Source: Phoronis australis
Taxonomy: Eukaryota > Animalia > Phoronida
NCBI GenBank assembly: GCA_002633005.1
Contig: NMRA01000107.1
Coordinates: 725,169 to 789,168 of the forward strand
DNA: 64,000 nucleotides
Reading direction: 5' to 3'
Positions within the stretch are counted from its first letter, which is position 1. Each line of letters begins with the position of its first letter. The translations under genes and the position numbers were made by a program. Below the pieces are notes generated by a model. That model saw only the letters and a program-made list of their open reading frames with translations, searched no databases and was not told where the DNA came from. This document shows, in pieces, positions 24,601 to 39,600 of this stretch.

Positions 24601-27600
24601 ATAGACTACTGAATGGGACTCATTTACCTGCCTGCCTGTCTGCCGGTTTGCCTGCCTGCCAGCATGTCTGCCTGCCAGCATGTCTGCCTGCCTACCAACC
24701 TGCCTGCTTGCCTGCCTGCTTGCCTACATATATATTTTAAATATATATATATATAGTGCTTACCTGGCATTCGCTGCTGGATTGTCCATAGAGCTGCTGG
24801 CACTGGTCGTCAGCGGTGTACATCTGTCCTGGCAAGCGAGCCATATGTGCCGCCCACAGCTCTGGGTCTCCGTGTGTAGCTGGATCCTTCAAGCAATCAC
24901 GATAGCTGAAAATGATTGGTCACTTCCTCAGCTTCAAATCACACTTTTCTTTTTGCAATGCACATTCTCACAAAGTACATGCATGCTACCACATCGCATG
25001 TACATGGGATTAACCCAACAGAGAAACTATTGAAGTGCTTCAATGAAACCTTGATCATGTGGGTATACAATGGGACACTAGTAGAATCAGTGCAGACATT
25101 TGCGAAAAAGGTGTAAAAGCTTTTCTCATGAGGAAAAATGTAATGTGTGTGACCAACACACGTATACACACATTAAAGTACATGCTCAAGATTATCCGTA
25201 ATATCATAAATGTCCAAATTTATTTCGGTGCCATTTTAGTGTTTATTTTTCGCGGCCAAAGGGGGGGCAAGACCCCTTCCCGTCAATATTAAGTCGGAGA
25301 CCAATGGAGGTGGAACTCAGAAGAATTAGAAAATGCTGTCTTCAGTCAAACCCGTAGCGCTTATGACGATGACGCCCTGCTCGACCAGTCGTATTCTGAA
25401 GAATCTGCAGGACACTATCCAGCACGAACTGGTCTACACATAGGCGGATCCAAGGGGTCAAGGGGTCGGGACTCCCTTTTTGCTTGATTTTAGTGAGATC
25501 AAATCTATAATTTTCAAATTATTGACTTGGTCCCCCCCTTTAAAAAGTCCTTGACCGACCCCCTCTCCTTAAAAGTCGTGGATCCGCCCCTGCTGCGTTT
25601 GATCTTGTGTCGTCGTAAAACTGAATATTGAAAATAGTCCATTTTCGCTCTAAAACTGTGTCGTAAATGCACACCGGGGCCTCATTCAGTTGCACCTATA
25701 TCATGCAAGTCTGTAATATTTAACAGTTAAACGTAGGTCTGATCAAGTCTAAAGTTAAACCTGGTTTAAGATCTTAATACAAATCTAAAGAATATAGACT
25801 TCGTTGTTGAAATGAAAACTGACTTAGACCAGGGCCCCGTCTCTAATCTTTGTTCTCGAAACGAACTCGAAACTATTTTTGGCTATTTCCCTGCTCCTTT
25901 TGTGCGCACTTAAGATAATTGGTTATCAGACTGTGCTCGAATACATTATAGTTTATGCATAGGAGTTTCTAGGTCAAGTTTGCCCTTGAAGACCCTTATA
26001 TTCGTGCTACAAACTCGAGTAAAAACTCGAAATTTCGAGTTCAAACTCGAACTTATTGCTTTAATATTGGGTTTACAAACTGTGAACTAAGGGCAATAAA
26101 TTATCTACGTAAGTTATTGTGTACTCGAGCATAGAATAATAGACATTTATCTTGAGTTCGCCCAAAAGTAGAGTAGAAAATGCCAAACCTAATTTCGAGT
26201 TCCATTTCGAGTAAAAAGATTGGAGACAGGGCCCAGGTCTAAACTGGAGTTAAACCAGGTTTTACTAGACCACTGGTCTAAAAGTTAAGCCACCTTTATG
26301 AAATGCAGATTATCTTTAAGCCTGGTCTAAGTCCAGTTTAAACCAGGTTTAACTTTAAACCACCTTTATGAAATCGGCTGTAAACGTTTAATAATATTCT
26401 GTCGCCATGTATTTCTGATGAAGTGCTGCTGGCAAGATTTAGTGAATGTTTACAAGTTTCTGGCTATATAGAAAGGTCAGGGGCCATGGCCATACACCAG
26501 AGTCTGTGATCAAGTGTGGCTTATTCGCAGGACCTACGCTGCACAATGCATAGACTGGCTTTCTCGACGAACGGCAAAATATCTGAAAACAACACCTGCT
26601 ACAACAAGAAAATTACGAACATTAAGTACGATTTTGAAAACTTGAGTATTAACCGCTTGTGCAGTATACATTCATACCCCAGAGTGTTCTTGAAATCTTG
26701 CACTGAACAGGAGGAGAAGTAAAACGTGTTATGTAGGTTGCTGTTTCCTCCATTTGGATCCATGATATGGTTTGCTTCTGCGCATCCGCTACTTCCGCCG
26801 TCGTGACGGGCACCCAAACTGAAAATAAAATGGAGAAATGTATTCAAAGCGCCCACGTGGAATTTGATAGCTCTTGGAAACGTGATGCAAGATTCACCCT
26901 GGCCATCTTGTGAATAATTCAGACAGTCCAGAACAATAAAATCACGGTAGTGTTCTGCTATTTGAGAAGAGCGAGGTATCTTGCTGTAAATGGCTTCGGA
27001 TTTACCAAATGCTGAGAACGGTGCTATTAGCATTTTTCTCCGACCAGTGCGTAGTTAAAGCCGAGGCGGCACTGCAAACCGTGGTCCATGGCTCCAAGGT
27101 AAAAATACGCAGTTAGAACTTACTCAAACTATTCCTGAGAAAAATTGAAAACGTAACGGTATCACCGATAATGTGTCGTGAATTATTTAACCAGTAACGT
27201 TCCTCTGGCTTCCTTCAGGGCTTTCGCCGTGAATTTGTAAGAAACTCGACGACTCCAAGTACAGCTGTGGTGTTTTGAAAACAGTAGGACCTTTAAACTC
27301 TGACAACATACTTATGGCCTAACTCGTGAGCTGCGATGCTGATACACTTAAATCCACCGTGAGACTCGGACAGTGACACCGAACGGCTGGACGAGCAAAT
27401 GCCGGCAACCGGAGCATATCCTGAAACAAATAATGTAGTGTCAAACTACGTTGGTTTCTACGCATATTCTTGCCCCCATGGCAATTTCTCTAGAACATTA
27501 TTGCATTTTGAATTGGAATTCGACTTAATACCATTAACGTATATACATTCGTCCAGGAAGTCATTACAAGGAGAGGCCAAATGGCTAACCAACGATTGTT

Positions 27601-30600
27601 GGTGTTCTTGCTCAAGTAACTGCAAAATTTTTGCTTGTTTGAGAAGAAAAATATTAATGTAATTGGAAAGAGAAGCCCTATGTCTACATAGTGTATTCTA
27701 AAGGGCGTAATTATGTTTTGGACGCACCCAGTCGGAAATTCACATTAATTACGAGACATTTCCGGGTCTGTAGTTCACCAGAAACCAATGTAACTCTGTG
27801 ACACTTTTGTGTTTTGAAAAAGTTGGTGGAAAACTGGATGTTTAGGTAATCCTTGGAACCCAGAAAATTGAATAGCTATCAGCAGATATAGCTAGATTGA
27901 ACTCACCGTGGATGATCTGAGGGTAAAGCTGAAAAAACAGCTTCATAACATACGCCGGTTTTAATAAAAAATGCGAATAAAACAAAAATACCTGCAGCAG
28001 CCGTTGACCCCATATGCGTGAGATCGAGACTGAAAAATATATAGAAACATTTATTTAGAAATTATTTACTATCACGAAAATCTTTTCTCAATACAGTCAC
28101 TGATGTATGTATCACCCAGATCTTTTGAGCTTGGTACACAGGCAAGTGACAGCTTACGTCAGTCATCCAAGGTTAATTGTGCTAGTAAATTCAACTAAAT
28201 AGAACGTTCCTTGACATTCTACAGAGAACAACATCATTAGTCAAATACGTTCGGCTCTCAAAATCCTTTGAAGAAGTTAACGGAAATTGAAGGTGCATAA
28301 GTAGTACTCTCACCCAAATGAATCTATTAAGGGTACAGTGTATTAATTTCTTTATTGTGGTAATCAAAGTGCACTTAGTGACGCTAAAACTCAAGTTGCG
28401 GCTTTTAACAAGTAAAGACACACTGTGGCAGTTGCATGGAAAACTTCGGCAGAAGCAACAGCAATGGAGTTCCTAGAGTAAAAAAGATTAAATACTAGGA
28501 ATTGATTTTGATATCTGATGTTACAAAAATGCCATGCTTTTCTTCCTGTATGTGGTAACAATCTGGAGATAACTCTGACAAGATATTAATAACGTGGGCG
28601 CACCCAGGGAGGGGGGGGGCTCGGNNNNNNNNNNNNNNNNNNNNNNNNNNNNGGGGGCTCGGGGGGGGCTCGGGGGGCTCTAAGGAGCCCCCATTTGGCG
28701 AAGTGGGCAAAAAGGTCCGCCTCTGAGAAACAAAAAGCCCGTGAAAATAAGACACTAAACAAGCACAAACGCGGAATTCACAGTGGTGCCCCCGTTTTTT
28801 TAGTCCGCCCGCTTTTTTGTTACCAAAAGGTCCACAACGTCAGGAATTCGGGCCCCCATATTGAAGGCTGGGTGCGCGCATGAATAAGATAACACACATC
28901 ATTGTTGGCTTACGAAGTAAATTGCTGCTACGAAAGGACGACTACCCATAATCCATTGTACATGTGACGCCTCCGTGAGTTTGTGAAAGTATTAAATGGC
29001 TGCTGAGTGTCTCAGACCGCTTTGCGCATTCTCATATATAGCCGACACTGTAGGTCGTCTTCACAGAGCGACTAGGATAAATAGCAAAACAAAACTCACT
29101 CTGAAAACGAGAACGCATGGTCATGCTTAGGCAGGGATGAGTGGTACCGTTGAATGTAGTTAACGAGTCCGTTCAGCGCAAGGTTCACGTCAACTTGATT
29201 CCGACCTGACGGCACCGTCACCTTATTGTTATCATACCAGGACGACCCCTGCGGAGACTTGAGTGATGCAAAATGAACGACGAGATCTTAGTGAGTACAT
29301 AATTACGATCAACTTGCTAGAGCACGAAATCATTGCCACGTGACATACTCCCAATAAGTACATTGTATACAACAAAACTGCTCGTTTTCAGATGTCCAAA
29401 AAATTTTCATATGAAGCGCATGGTAAACAAAATAGAGTTTCCTTGAGGAATGATAGAGCAAAACGGTTGTGCGAGGTTGTCCCTTTTATTTAGAATTGTT
29501 CTTTTTTCTAACCATAAAGGAAAGACCTTGTTGTTTCATTGATGTTGCAACAGTGAATCAGGCGATGACCTTATCACACTTCCTAATACATGTACATTGA
29601 TACTTTGATTTCCGGTCCTTTTAACCAACAGGTTCTAAGGTGTGTGAATAATTTATACCTCAATCAGCCCGGTGAGGAGTTTTATGTAAGAAAGAAGTTG
29701 GGAAACTGCACCTAAACTTCACCTTCATGCCAAAGACTCTATACCCAGGTCATCCGGAAAATATCGGGTATTTTCGTAACCTGAAATTATCCATCGAAGG
29801 TATCATGTCTGCACATGTACTAATTGCAACTGTAAGAGAAAATTGATTTGATAATGACAAAATTCGCACGCGATCTTATTTTGGTTCTTGATATACTTGT
29901 ATTTAACATTTGTATAAGCCCGCTATAGTAATAGCGGATTTGCAGCGCAGACGAACTACGCATTGCGCATGTGCGAGTTACTTCCTTCGCGAAGGCTCAT
30001 GGGATAGCTTGTGGTCAGGCATGTCTTGAGCAGGCTGGATAGTGTGTGCATTTGGAGTGATTTGCAAACTAAAAACCGTCATGTTTCATTTTTTGCTTTA
30101 TAATACCAAGCAAGTCTTCTCTCTCGTTTGTAAACACAGCGTAGCTATGATCAGTGACCGTGTGACCGAGAGCACGACTGTCGCCGTGTTCAGTATTGGG
30201 GTTATCGGCGTTGATTTCGAAATCTCCTCCTANTCAGTCTTATTAGAAGTTCGCACCTGTGCAAAACCTCTCACACCGACCAGGGTTAGTTTCAAGTTAT
30301 CAAAAATACCCTTGGATGATTGAATTGCCTCGGGTTCTCATTAATTATGCATGCGTCACTCCACAAGTGGCTTTTGTGACCGGAATTATTCGCGGAAGCA
30401 TTGTTTGTACGACGATTTATTGCGGGCATTTGTTAATTTAATGCTGTTTTCAAGAAATTGTCGTATTCTTTTGATTTCGACGAGTGTACTCGGTCAGTCC
30501 TACATGTAGATTGAACTAGACTCCTGTTTTGTGAGACTGTGCCCTTGGGTGTTCAATAGTGGGAAGGGGGGGGGGGNNNNNNNNNNNNNNNNNNNNNNNN

Positions 30601-33600
30601 NNNNNNNNGGGGGGGGGGGTATGGCTGAATTCGGCAAACACAAAAACACGCAGCTGCCTTTGTATACTTCCGTGACTTTTCACATGCACGGGGACGCAAA
30701 CATCGTGGCCTAGAGTCTCCACTGTGACTGCAGGTCACTATGCTTCACGTTGTAAAAAGCAATCCAAGCAAGTGGCAACGGAGCAGATAAGGGATCTGAC
30801 AAAGGTATGGCATCCTTCTTCAGAACATGAGTTTTGCGTACATACCTCTCTCGTAACCCAACAGTAAGAAATGTTAGTCGACTATTCGGAAGTTGTGCAC
30901 GTATCTAGCATTGGCGTGAAAGAACAACATTGCATTCTTGACATGATGGTGTCACCTCCTACTGATGTTGTCAATCATTGTACATCACGGAATTCCTAAT
31001 CACCTATGCTGTTTTAAACCTCATGACCTTGCTTACATCTCAGTCTACAGCAACTTTCAGACATAATTAATATGAGTCCCAGAAAGGTAAAAATGGCTTA
31101 ACACTTTATAAGCCGATAGACACAGCGGCTGGCGGGCATTGATTTAGATCACGACCGTCACTTCCGGAGTGACACACGCGTAATAATTCAGAACTTTATC
31201 CAGGGTAACCATAATTTAACCAAAATGACAGTAAAAGCGGGCGTCTTTCTCTAAAGGCTTACATTGACCTCTGCGCGACCGACGGTCGTTATAGATGGAT
31301 TTTGAACACTGTAGTCGGAAAGGAGCTCATGTGGTATTTTTGACTCAATGAATTTGCTTCAACCTATACATATATATTGTTACGTTGTTTAAGTTTGCGA
31401 GACAGAACTCGATAAAAGTTTGAATTATCGTTATATCTCAAATACGCGATTCTCTCCTCGCTCACTTGCACAGCAAGACAGTTGAAGGAACTACATCTGA
31501 GGATATTTTGAGACAGTTTAAGTTTAAACTGCCTTACCTTTGCAATAACATAACCTGCCAGAGTAATGAAAATGTTTATGGTAGGGTCGTTGATATTTTG
31601 AAACCGTAGATCAACCTGAAACAAAAGAGCACATATTTTCTTTTTTCCTCATTGGTTCAGAAGATACGTTAATGAATAATACCTGGACTGTGAATACATT
31701 GACGTCATGGGAGTGTATTGGATATCTTGGTAACCTGTTCTCAAACTACGTTTTCAAGGAACCGTGTGAAGCACTTGGTCCAAGATACCGCACCTTCATT
31801 TTCATCGGTTAACAATGAAATTTTAATCAGGGACTATTTAACGTTTCGCTTGCTTTCCAATTAAAGTCAGCACGGTGTTAGTAATTGCCATATTGGTGCA
31901 CTATAGGCACACTGTAGGACTGTACAATCACTTGTTTTCTGAAATCGAAAAAGGTAAAAAATCCAACTATTTATAAAATTAATGATGTCATCTATTCAAC
32001 CTCTCTTAATTGGGACCACACGATGGTTTAATGGGCATTGAAGGGTTGAAACATCGTTCAACCCCAATAGCAAATACTTCAATGAGGTACATCATACAGA
32101 TCCTCACTATGGGTACACTTCTGTGCGATATCTCTCAAGCAAACAATCAAATTCTTAGAAACTTGCTTTCAACGTTTGTCAAACCCCTTACTCCATGAAT
32201 GACGTAAGCAAAGTATTGCTTAATCTCATTGGTTGCTTTGGTGCTGTCGAAGCTGTTCTTTTTGTAAAACTTTCGCCACAGAGAATAATCGACCATGACA
32301 AGCCCTTCGATGTTAGCAATAATTTTATTCCTTCTTCTAACACGAGCACCTCTGGTGGCTACAAAATGCAAAAATATCCTCCGTTGTCATTTTTTAAGAT
32401 TAGAACATATCTAAGCATAAGTATCATGGGGTCATTTTGTTGCAAGGTGTACACTTCAACCAGTATTCAAACTATAAATATTAATCTTCAAATTAAGGAG
32501 TGAAAATAACTGGATAACTGTTTAATTCAGACATAGAATTCTAAGTTTCATTCCAATGATGATAATCGCAAAGCTGCACATTTTTTCATTTTAAAACGGT
32601 CACGTGATAGCAAAATTTGAAGCATGCTATGAGTTGCGAACAACAAGCACTTGAAAAATACACGCTTACGTGTTTGGTACCTTGGATTAAGAATATGACT
32701 ACATGCAATATTTCGAAATATGGTCGGAGAGTTGTACTCTTCGGTCCTTTTTTACGAAGACTTTCATGTAACTAAATAGCCCACATCACTGGTACGTCAT
32801 ATGAGCAGTATCGCACTGCATCTTCGACAGGTAAGAACAAACAGACACGATATTGCAGCTGCAGGCATCAAGGCTAAGGAGGTCCCTATATAAATGGCCA
32901 AATTTGGCTGACTTCGGAACATCATATCTCAGAAATGGCTGATTGAATTCACGTGAACCTTTTAGATGTTATGGTTCATGGACTGTTCTCGATCACGGTG
33001 TCAAGATTGTTTGTAAAATATTTCACTTTTGCATGAGGGGCAATGAAAATAAGACGTTTATATGGTTTTCATGAAAAATCTACCAAGTTACCTGAACCGA
33101 AAATGTGTTTATGTCTTGGAAAATTGTAAGAGCATAATTGATACCCATTCTTGAACATTTGCTTTAAAGAAAATTTGGTCATTTTAATCAGTCACACCGT
33201 TGTTTTGTTCTTCGTTGCTAAATTTTAATCAAAACATGTTAAAGTTACCCAATTAACAGCACATTGGCTAAAAGTCAAAAGTCTAATTTTACAGGCTTTA
33301 TACTTTCAGAAAACATGTAATCTATAATTTTCTAGACATGTTCCTAAATGCACAAAGTTTTATCTAATCTCCTAAACAAACATAAGTTAACAACAGCAGT
33401 CGTGAAGAATGCGAATTTGGTCTTATCTAACAAGAATAGTGTTACTATGCAACGTGCAGGCTGTTCCAAAACTATTTTTGTATTTATGTACATTAGAGTT
33501 CATGGTCAGCTGGATTAAGGGTCGCTTCAGCTGAATGAACTTTGAAAAACATTGTGTCCTAATCGCGTTTAAAATTAATGGGATTTCCAAACGAAACACC

Positions 33601-36600
33601 TGTATGGAATTACAATTTAAGTCACTCGAGTCCTGTGACAATGTATCAAAATTTCTTCCTCCAGATTACAATTCAAATATGTTTATCTGTAACCTACTCA
33701 CCGATAATCGTTTCAATGTCGGCATCGTCGTAGTCTTTAGAGCTTCTTAATTTCATCTCGTGAGCCCAGAGAGACTCTCGTTTCTTTCTGACGACCATAG
33801 TTTTTTTGCCTTCCTGTTCTAGCTCATACAGCACGTTGTTGCGTGTCACATGACCCGACAGCTTCAACGCAAAAGGAATAGGTTATTTAAAATATTCGTA
33901 TATATTGCATACATTGTATGAAATGTGAAATTAACACGTTACCAACGCAAGTTCTCTTGAAGTATTACGAAAAGAAAATCCAGAAAGAGCCCGCAATAAT
34001 TTTTCTTAAGAAGTTTTCTACCGGAATCTTGTAAGTGTCGAATAAGCATGAGTCCCGCTAGGAGAATAGGAAGATAGTGTGAACACGCGGGACTAAAGGG
34101 CCGAAGTATTGTACCTTGCCAGATGAAGTTCGCTTCAATAAAATCGTTGTACCGTTTTGGGAGCCTCCAAAGAACTGGTTGTTATCAAATATCTAGAAAA
34201 ATAAAATAACATCTTCAGTAACAGAGTCATGGCGTCAAATACCGGTACTTCCTCGGACAATATATAATAAAAAAATCACACCATGATGAGTGTACCACAT
34301 ATCTGTGCTCATTCTTCTAAAAATCCAGGAATACCTGAGGATGGCCGGAGAATAGACAGACCGAAACATCGTGACAATGTAAATTGACATGAGGTCGGTG
34401 TAAACAGACCAAGAAAGGTTAAGTAAAGTTGTAATACGCCACCACCCCATAGCATTCGGTCAGTGGACAGAAATTCAATTACCACATAGCGGTTTTTAAT
34501 TGAACGACAGGGGAATAAATCCCGCCGTTACTTCATCATATCGTTGTGTTAGATTGAGTTCACTAATATATTTTAGCTATTTGGCATCGACTTGGATTGG
34601 TAGCAGCTAATGACTTCGGAGCCGCTAAATCTTCTTCGCTGAGGGACACGGTGATCTTCATCCAAGATAATTTCAAGAGGTTTGCCTTTTCAGTGAGCCA
34701 GTAGTACACCCCACCGCACACCAGTGGAAACTTTCCAGCATTATGATAGGAAGTAAAGGTGTTGAACACTGCAGGTCGAAACCTCCCGTTCGCATCACAT
34801 AGGATCTATCTGTAGTTGGTGCTGAACGCCTGTGCACTAATTACATGATCACCGTTTGTCTGGATTATAGTGAATTTCAGTATGGCGTGGCTATTTCGAA
34901 AATCAACTATTGGATTATACGGCGATTACTCGAGACAATCGGGAAACGGCAATAGTCTGATATAACGTGCCCGCATTTTGAGAACCAGTTTGATGCCAGT
35001 TATTTAGTGGGAAAAACTGGTTCTTGAAATTCGGGCACTTTATAGCGGACCATTACCCGGGAAACAGTAGTGTAGGCATGTTCCATCCGGAGCACTTCGG
35101 GTATTTCCGTGTCCTACATCTTCCCGCTAAGATGTCAACCATAGACATCACATAGACCGGGCGCACACGCTCCTGCCGCTGACAACTTGACGCCATATTG
35201 GACAGCGCTACTAGTCACGTGACGCGGCTAATTGCCGTGTAAACAAACGGGGCAAACTGTCCTTTTCAAAGCGCGATATCTAGCAAATAAAGAGGCCGAA
35301 GAGTGTGATTTTTTCCAGAAACATAAAAAACGTGTTACGTAGCACTTACATGCGTTTTTTAAGAGTTAATCAATCGATAGGACAAGTAGCAAACTAGTAG
35401 AAGATCGGAACCGACGACTTCCAGTTGTGCGGCTGCACGCTTGTCAATCCACTGCGAGTGATCATTTTTTCCAAGATTATATTAAGATGTCTATGACGTA
35501 AACGTTATCTGCGCAGGAGCTGGATTTTGCCTTCGGGCATGACCGAATTGTTATGGCTTTAAACTCCACGTTTCAGTAAACGTGCGGCTGTTGCATATTA
35601 AATGTTGCTATCGTCGATGTACGCGTAAGATAGACTAGGAGTTTTAAAGGAGAATGCCACCCAAAAAACAACCTATTTTGTATCAATTTAGATCGAGTAG
35701 TTCTACTCTACAACGGCACGTTCCATTGCGTTACCTGACACCTGACGGCAGACGGAGGTGTTGAAATTATCCCATGACGTAATTGGTTTCACACGCAGTC
35801 TGTTCAGCAGTTCACACACGGGTTACTGGTGTCAGCTTATCGCTTGAATTCATCGTTTAACACCAATGAATCATCAAACGTCGATGTAAAACCCTTAAAA
35901 ATACACAGAGTTCTTATAAAAACGTGTTGTTTTATTTCGCTGTTACGGATTTACTGGTATTTGGACACACGTAGCTTACAAAGTTCGGCAGGCCAATTTA
36001 CCAAGGTCCGTAGCACTGAGGAGTTTGGGGTCTGTTCAGAGATAAATTCGAGGTATTCTCCCGTGAAATACAGACAGGAGAACATAGATCTGTGTTGCTA
36101 TACTTGTGATTTTTTGAGTTCTAAACACACAAAACGCTTGTTATCCCGGTCAGTGGCTCGGAAAACGATCAGGCCCGTCGCGGCCAGACTGACACGTTAT
36201 CCCGGCCAGTGGCTCGGAGCCCGGTCAGGCCCGTCGGGGCTGCCGGGACTGGCACGAACATAAACCAGCTTGAGTTGGAAACTAAACCTCCATTGACGAA
36301 TAGAGTATAATAGTGAGGCAAAGAAATAATGTGCACGTAATTATTTATGTGAATTAGCCACGAAACTGAAAATCTAACTTGTCTGGGGCCGCGATGTAGG
36401 GTTCCCCTTCCACAGACCGTCAGGGCAAAGGTTGCACAGTAACAATGATTTGAATAATGTATTTGTATTACTAAATAAAGATTCCCCTAACATGTGACCA
36501 TAGCATATAAAATCGAGTAATTGTTTCACAACAGCTTTCTGTCAGCAAACACTGAATTAGCATGCGCTCACACGGCCTCTGTGCCCATTCAGTTACCTTT

Positions 36601-39600
36601 GTTGCCGGCATCAAAAGCCGGTGACGCAGTGGTTTATTCATTGCTGGCTTCTAAAAACATTTGCACTCACGAGCACTCCAAGGCATTACAATATTGTATT
36701 TAATGAGACGGACTTTGTGTTTCAGTTTCATATAAACATTGGTTAGGATGAGAATAATTCATTTTGAAACAGAACGCAGAATAACAAACGTCTACTAATA
36801 AACGGCAACTCGCCCAAAGCCAATCCCGACTTAGTCAAGAGCTTAGGCGACGAAGACTTCACGGGTCGGATCGTTAGGTTTCACAGGCTATCAGTTCGAT
36901 CCGGAATTCACTGATCAAGAAACACTAGAGAGAGGCGCCGTGAACATGCACAGGCAACGGAACGTATGGATAATTCTTTGGTAAGCCGGAATTCTTAAGA
37001 GAAAATCACTGTCGACGAAATGCCGGCCACCGACACGGAGATGTTTCACGGTCTCATACTTGCTATTAACAGGCTACGTTTCATTTTTCACTACGTGCGA
37101 GCCACTTCCTAAGCATTTCGGGCTCTCGAGGAACTCGAAAAAACGATATACCCGCTTTCTTCGAAGCTTCATAGGGCGGACAAGCGGAAAGTCACAATGC
37201 ATCGCAATATAGCGGCATTCACTCTGCAGACGAACCACTGACGTCGGTGCCTCGTTTCTCACCTTCCTCACAGGTTAACGCAACACCTCTCGGCAAGGTG
37301 AGGGTGACCGTATAAGCGGCGATGTGGATATAGACCGATTAAGACGGTAAAAAAGACTAACTAAATCGGGTGGCATTCTCCTTTAAGTAAACCAATGTGA
37401 CAAATCTAATAGATTTCATGTTGGTATTTCATGACCAGTTGAAAGGTCACCAAAACGAGAAGCTACATTTTAAATCAGTCAAACAGAACTAGCCTAATTT
37501 TTGTAAATGCGTGAAAGTATTTATTACTGTAACATTTACAATGAGGGTAACCCACCAGTTCTCGCTGCTTTCCGTGGGACCCTCAGTCAACAAAAAATAT
37601 ATAATTCATTAACTGGACTTACCCCTGAAAATCAATGTTTGACACTACAAAGATTTGTATAAACACTTGATAATAGATTTAAAACGGACTAGAAGGAATT
37701 TTAGACTTTTTTGGGATAATTCTCGGCAAACAATTCCTGAATAGTTGGCGTTTCGGATGATCAACGTTGTCCCAATACATACGTGCACAGCAAATATGAT
37801 AACTGCGGCTAACGTAAAAGTTAATCCAAATTAAACGGGAGTCTAGAGTTGTTGTCTAAACTTTAAGGGGATATTTCAGGCTCTTATGGACACCATAAAA
37901 ATAACCATCACTAACATTAACTTCCGATCTCCTTATATTTGAAGTTTACGAATACTCCTCGGGTGTATCAATGAATAAATTGTTGCACCTGCGCAAACCA
38001 GTATACCAAAAACATTGTCGTTGTATATTGTCACACCACTGTTTTGAGTTTGTGGGTTGGAATGTGTATTTATTTGTGGCTTTTCTGGCCATTTCCTATG
38101 ACACTGGGGAACGTTTTACATTCAACCATGCGTATTTACCCAACACTTGCTCTGGGTTTATCAGTTGAAATGTTTCCTTGCATACGCCCTCTGGCGTATT
38201 CTAATATGTACTAGTATTAGTTTGCAGTAAACGTTTGTTCTGTGATAGCATGATTCATACTATTAAAGGGGCAAGCCCTTGATCCGATAAACTAATCATT
38301 TGTAAACAGAGCAAGGAACAAGACAAGGTCAATTTTAACGATAAGTGGCCTAAATCGAAACATTTTTACTATTTAATTTCCTAATAGCCAGACTTTGAGT
38401 ATATTGTGGATTACGCAAACGTGTGTGAAGTTATCGCGTTTGACTACTTCTTGATTAAAGCTACGCGCTCGAGCAAAAGCTCAATATTTTGAGTTTAGGC
38501 GGAAACAATGATTACGCCTTAAATTACGCTATAACTAGTAAATTTCGAAACTGCGCGGTCAAATTAATCACGTGATTGTGCTACGCCACAAGCTAACTAC
38601 ATCATCACAATGGAGACTTTGAATTTATACAATAAGTGACACTCAGGGCAGTGTAGTGAACAAGTGTGTTCGCATCAACGGTTTTAAAGCCCAGGCGGAT
38701 GGCGCGAGACTCTTTACTTTTCCGAAAAATACAGGTCACCTAGTTGATCGTCGCTTGCAAACTCATACGCCACAGTTATTTCTTGTCACCAATATCGACT
38801 TGTCACGAAGTAAACTGCTCCAGATTAGTTGGATACAATTCTAGTTTATTTTCATCGACCCGACAGTGTTACACCTCTGAGTAAGTAAAACAGGTTTTGA
38901 AAAATCAAAAGGCATAACTAGTGGATAAATGATGATGTTTCCATTCATTAGGGTCAACTTTATTGTTTACATTTATGGTACTTTTTCAAACAATGAAAAG
39001 TAGAATAATACATCTTTAAACATGCTTCAATATATTGCAATATTTTCCCTATCGCTACATATATTTCACAAGCTGCAATTGAATTTTCAAGCACTGCAGT
39101 CCTATTCTTACACACAGTTATTTTCTCAAGAACAGCCGTATACAGCCAAATCTAATAAATTGCATAATAGTAACCTGCGAGACACCGGCGGCTATATCTT
39201 TTTTAGTAGATTCCAAACTGCAGAAACCAAGTACGCTTATAGGGGCATTGACGTGTAAAAACACAAAGTACGTGATTATTTTGTAACCTGAAACCATCAA
39301 TTCAGATTAATTGATCACAAAATAAATGATATATAAACAATGCCCAAATTCCTTTAAAATGAAACATATCTTATCAGTCGTATAACAATCACTTGGTTCA
39401 CTAGCCACTCAAAATAATTGTTAACATTGTCATGACAAGACGAGCGAAAATCACACCGACCTGAAGTGAATGCTGTCTAGGTAGGTTTATTATTGTTTGG
39501 CTCAATCATGTCAATTTTACCTTGGGCTTGATGGGTGGTTCTTCTTTTCTTGGCGTCCCGTCAGCTCCCACAAACATAACAGGAACGCAGTCAGGTTGAA

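Larger units (their letters stand above)
25005..26379. mobile_element. Second, left-truncated copy of the same Harbinger-like element, in intron 10
   Basis: Collinear homology with 15950-17563 (e.g. attgaagtgcttcaatgaaa; gtagaatcagtgcagacatttgc); same right TIR ending GAAATCGGCTG. Confidence 0.8.

Noticed and set aside
26538-26582. Possible 45-nt in-frame exon between exons 10 and 11
   Set aside because: Direct joining already gives the normal spacing FKNTLGYRDCLKDP; donor is weak and the peptide has no family motif.
33493-33530. Possible alternative last exon giving a prodomain-only protein (AEATLNPADHEL*)
   Set aside because: Only an acceptor-like CAG supports it; expected by chance.
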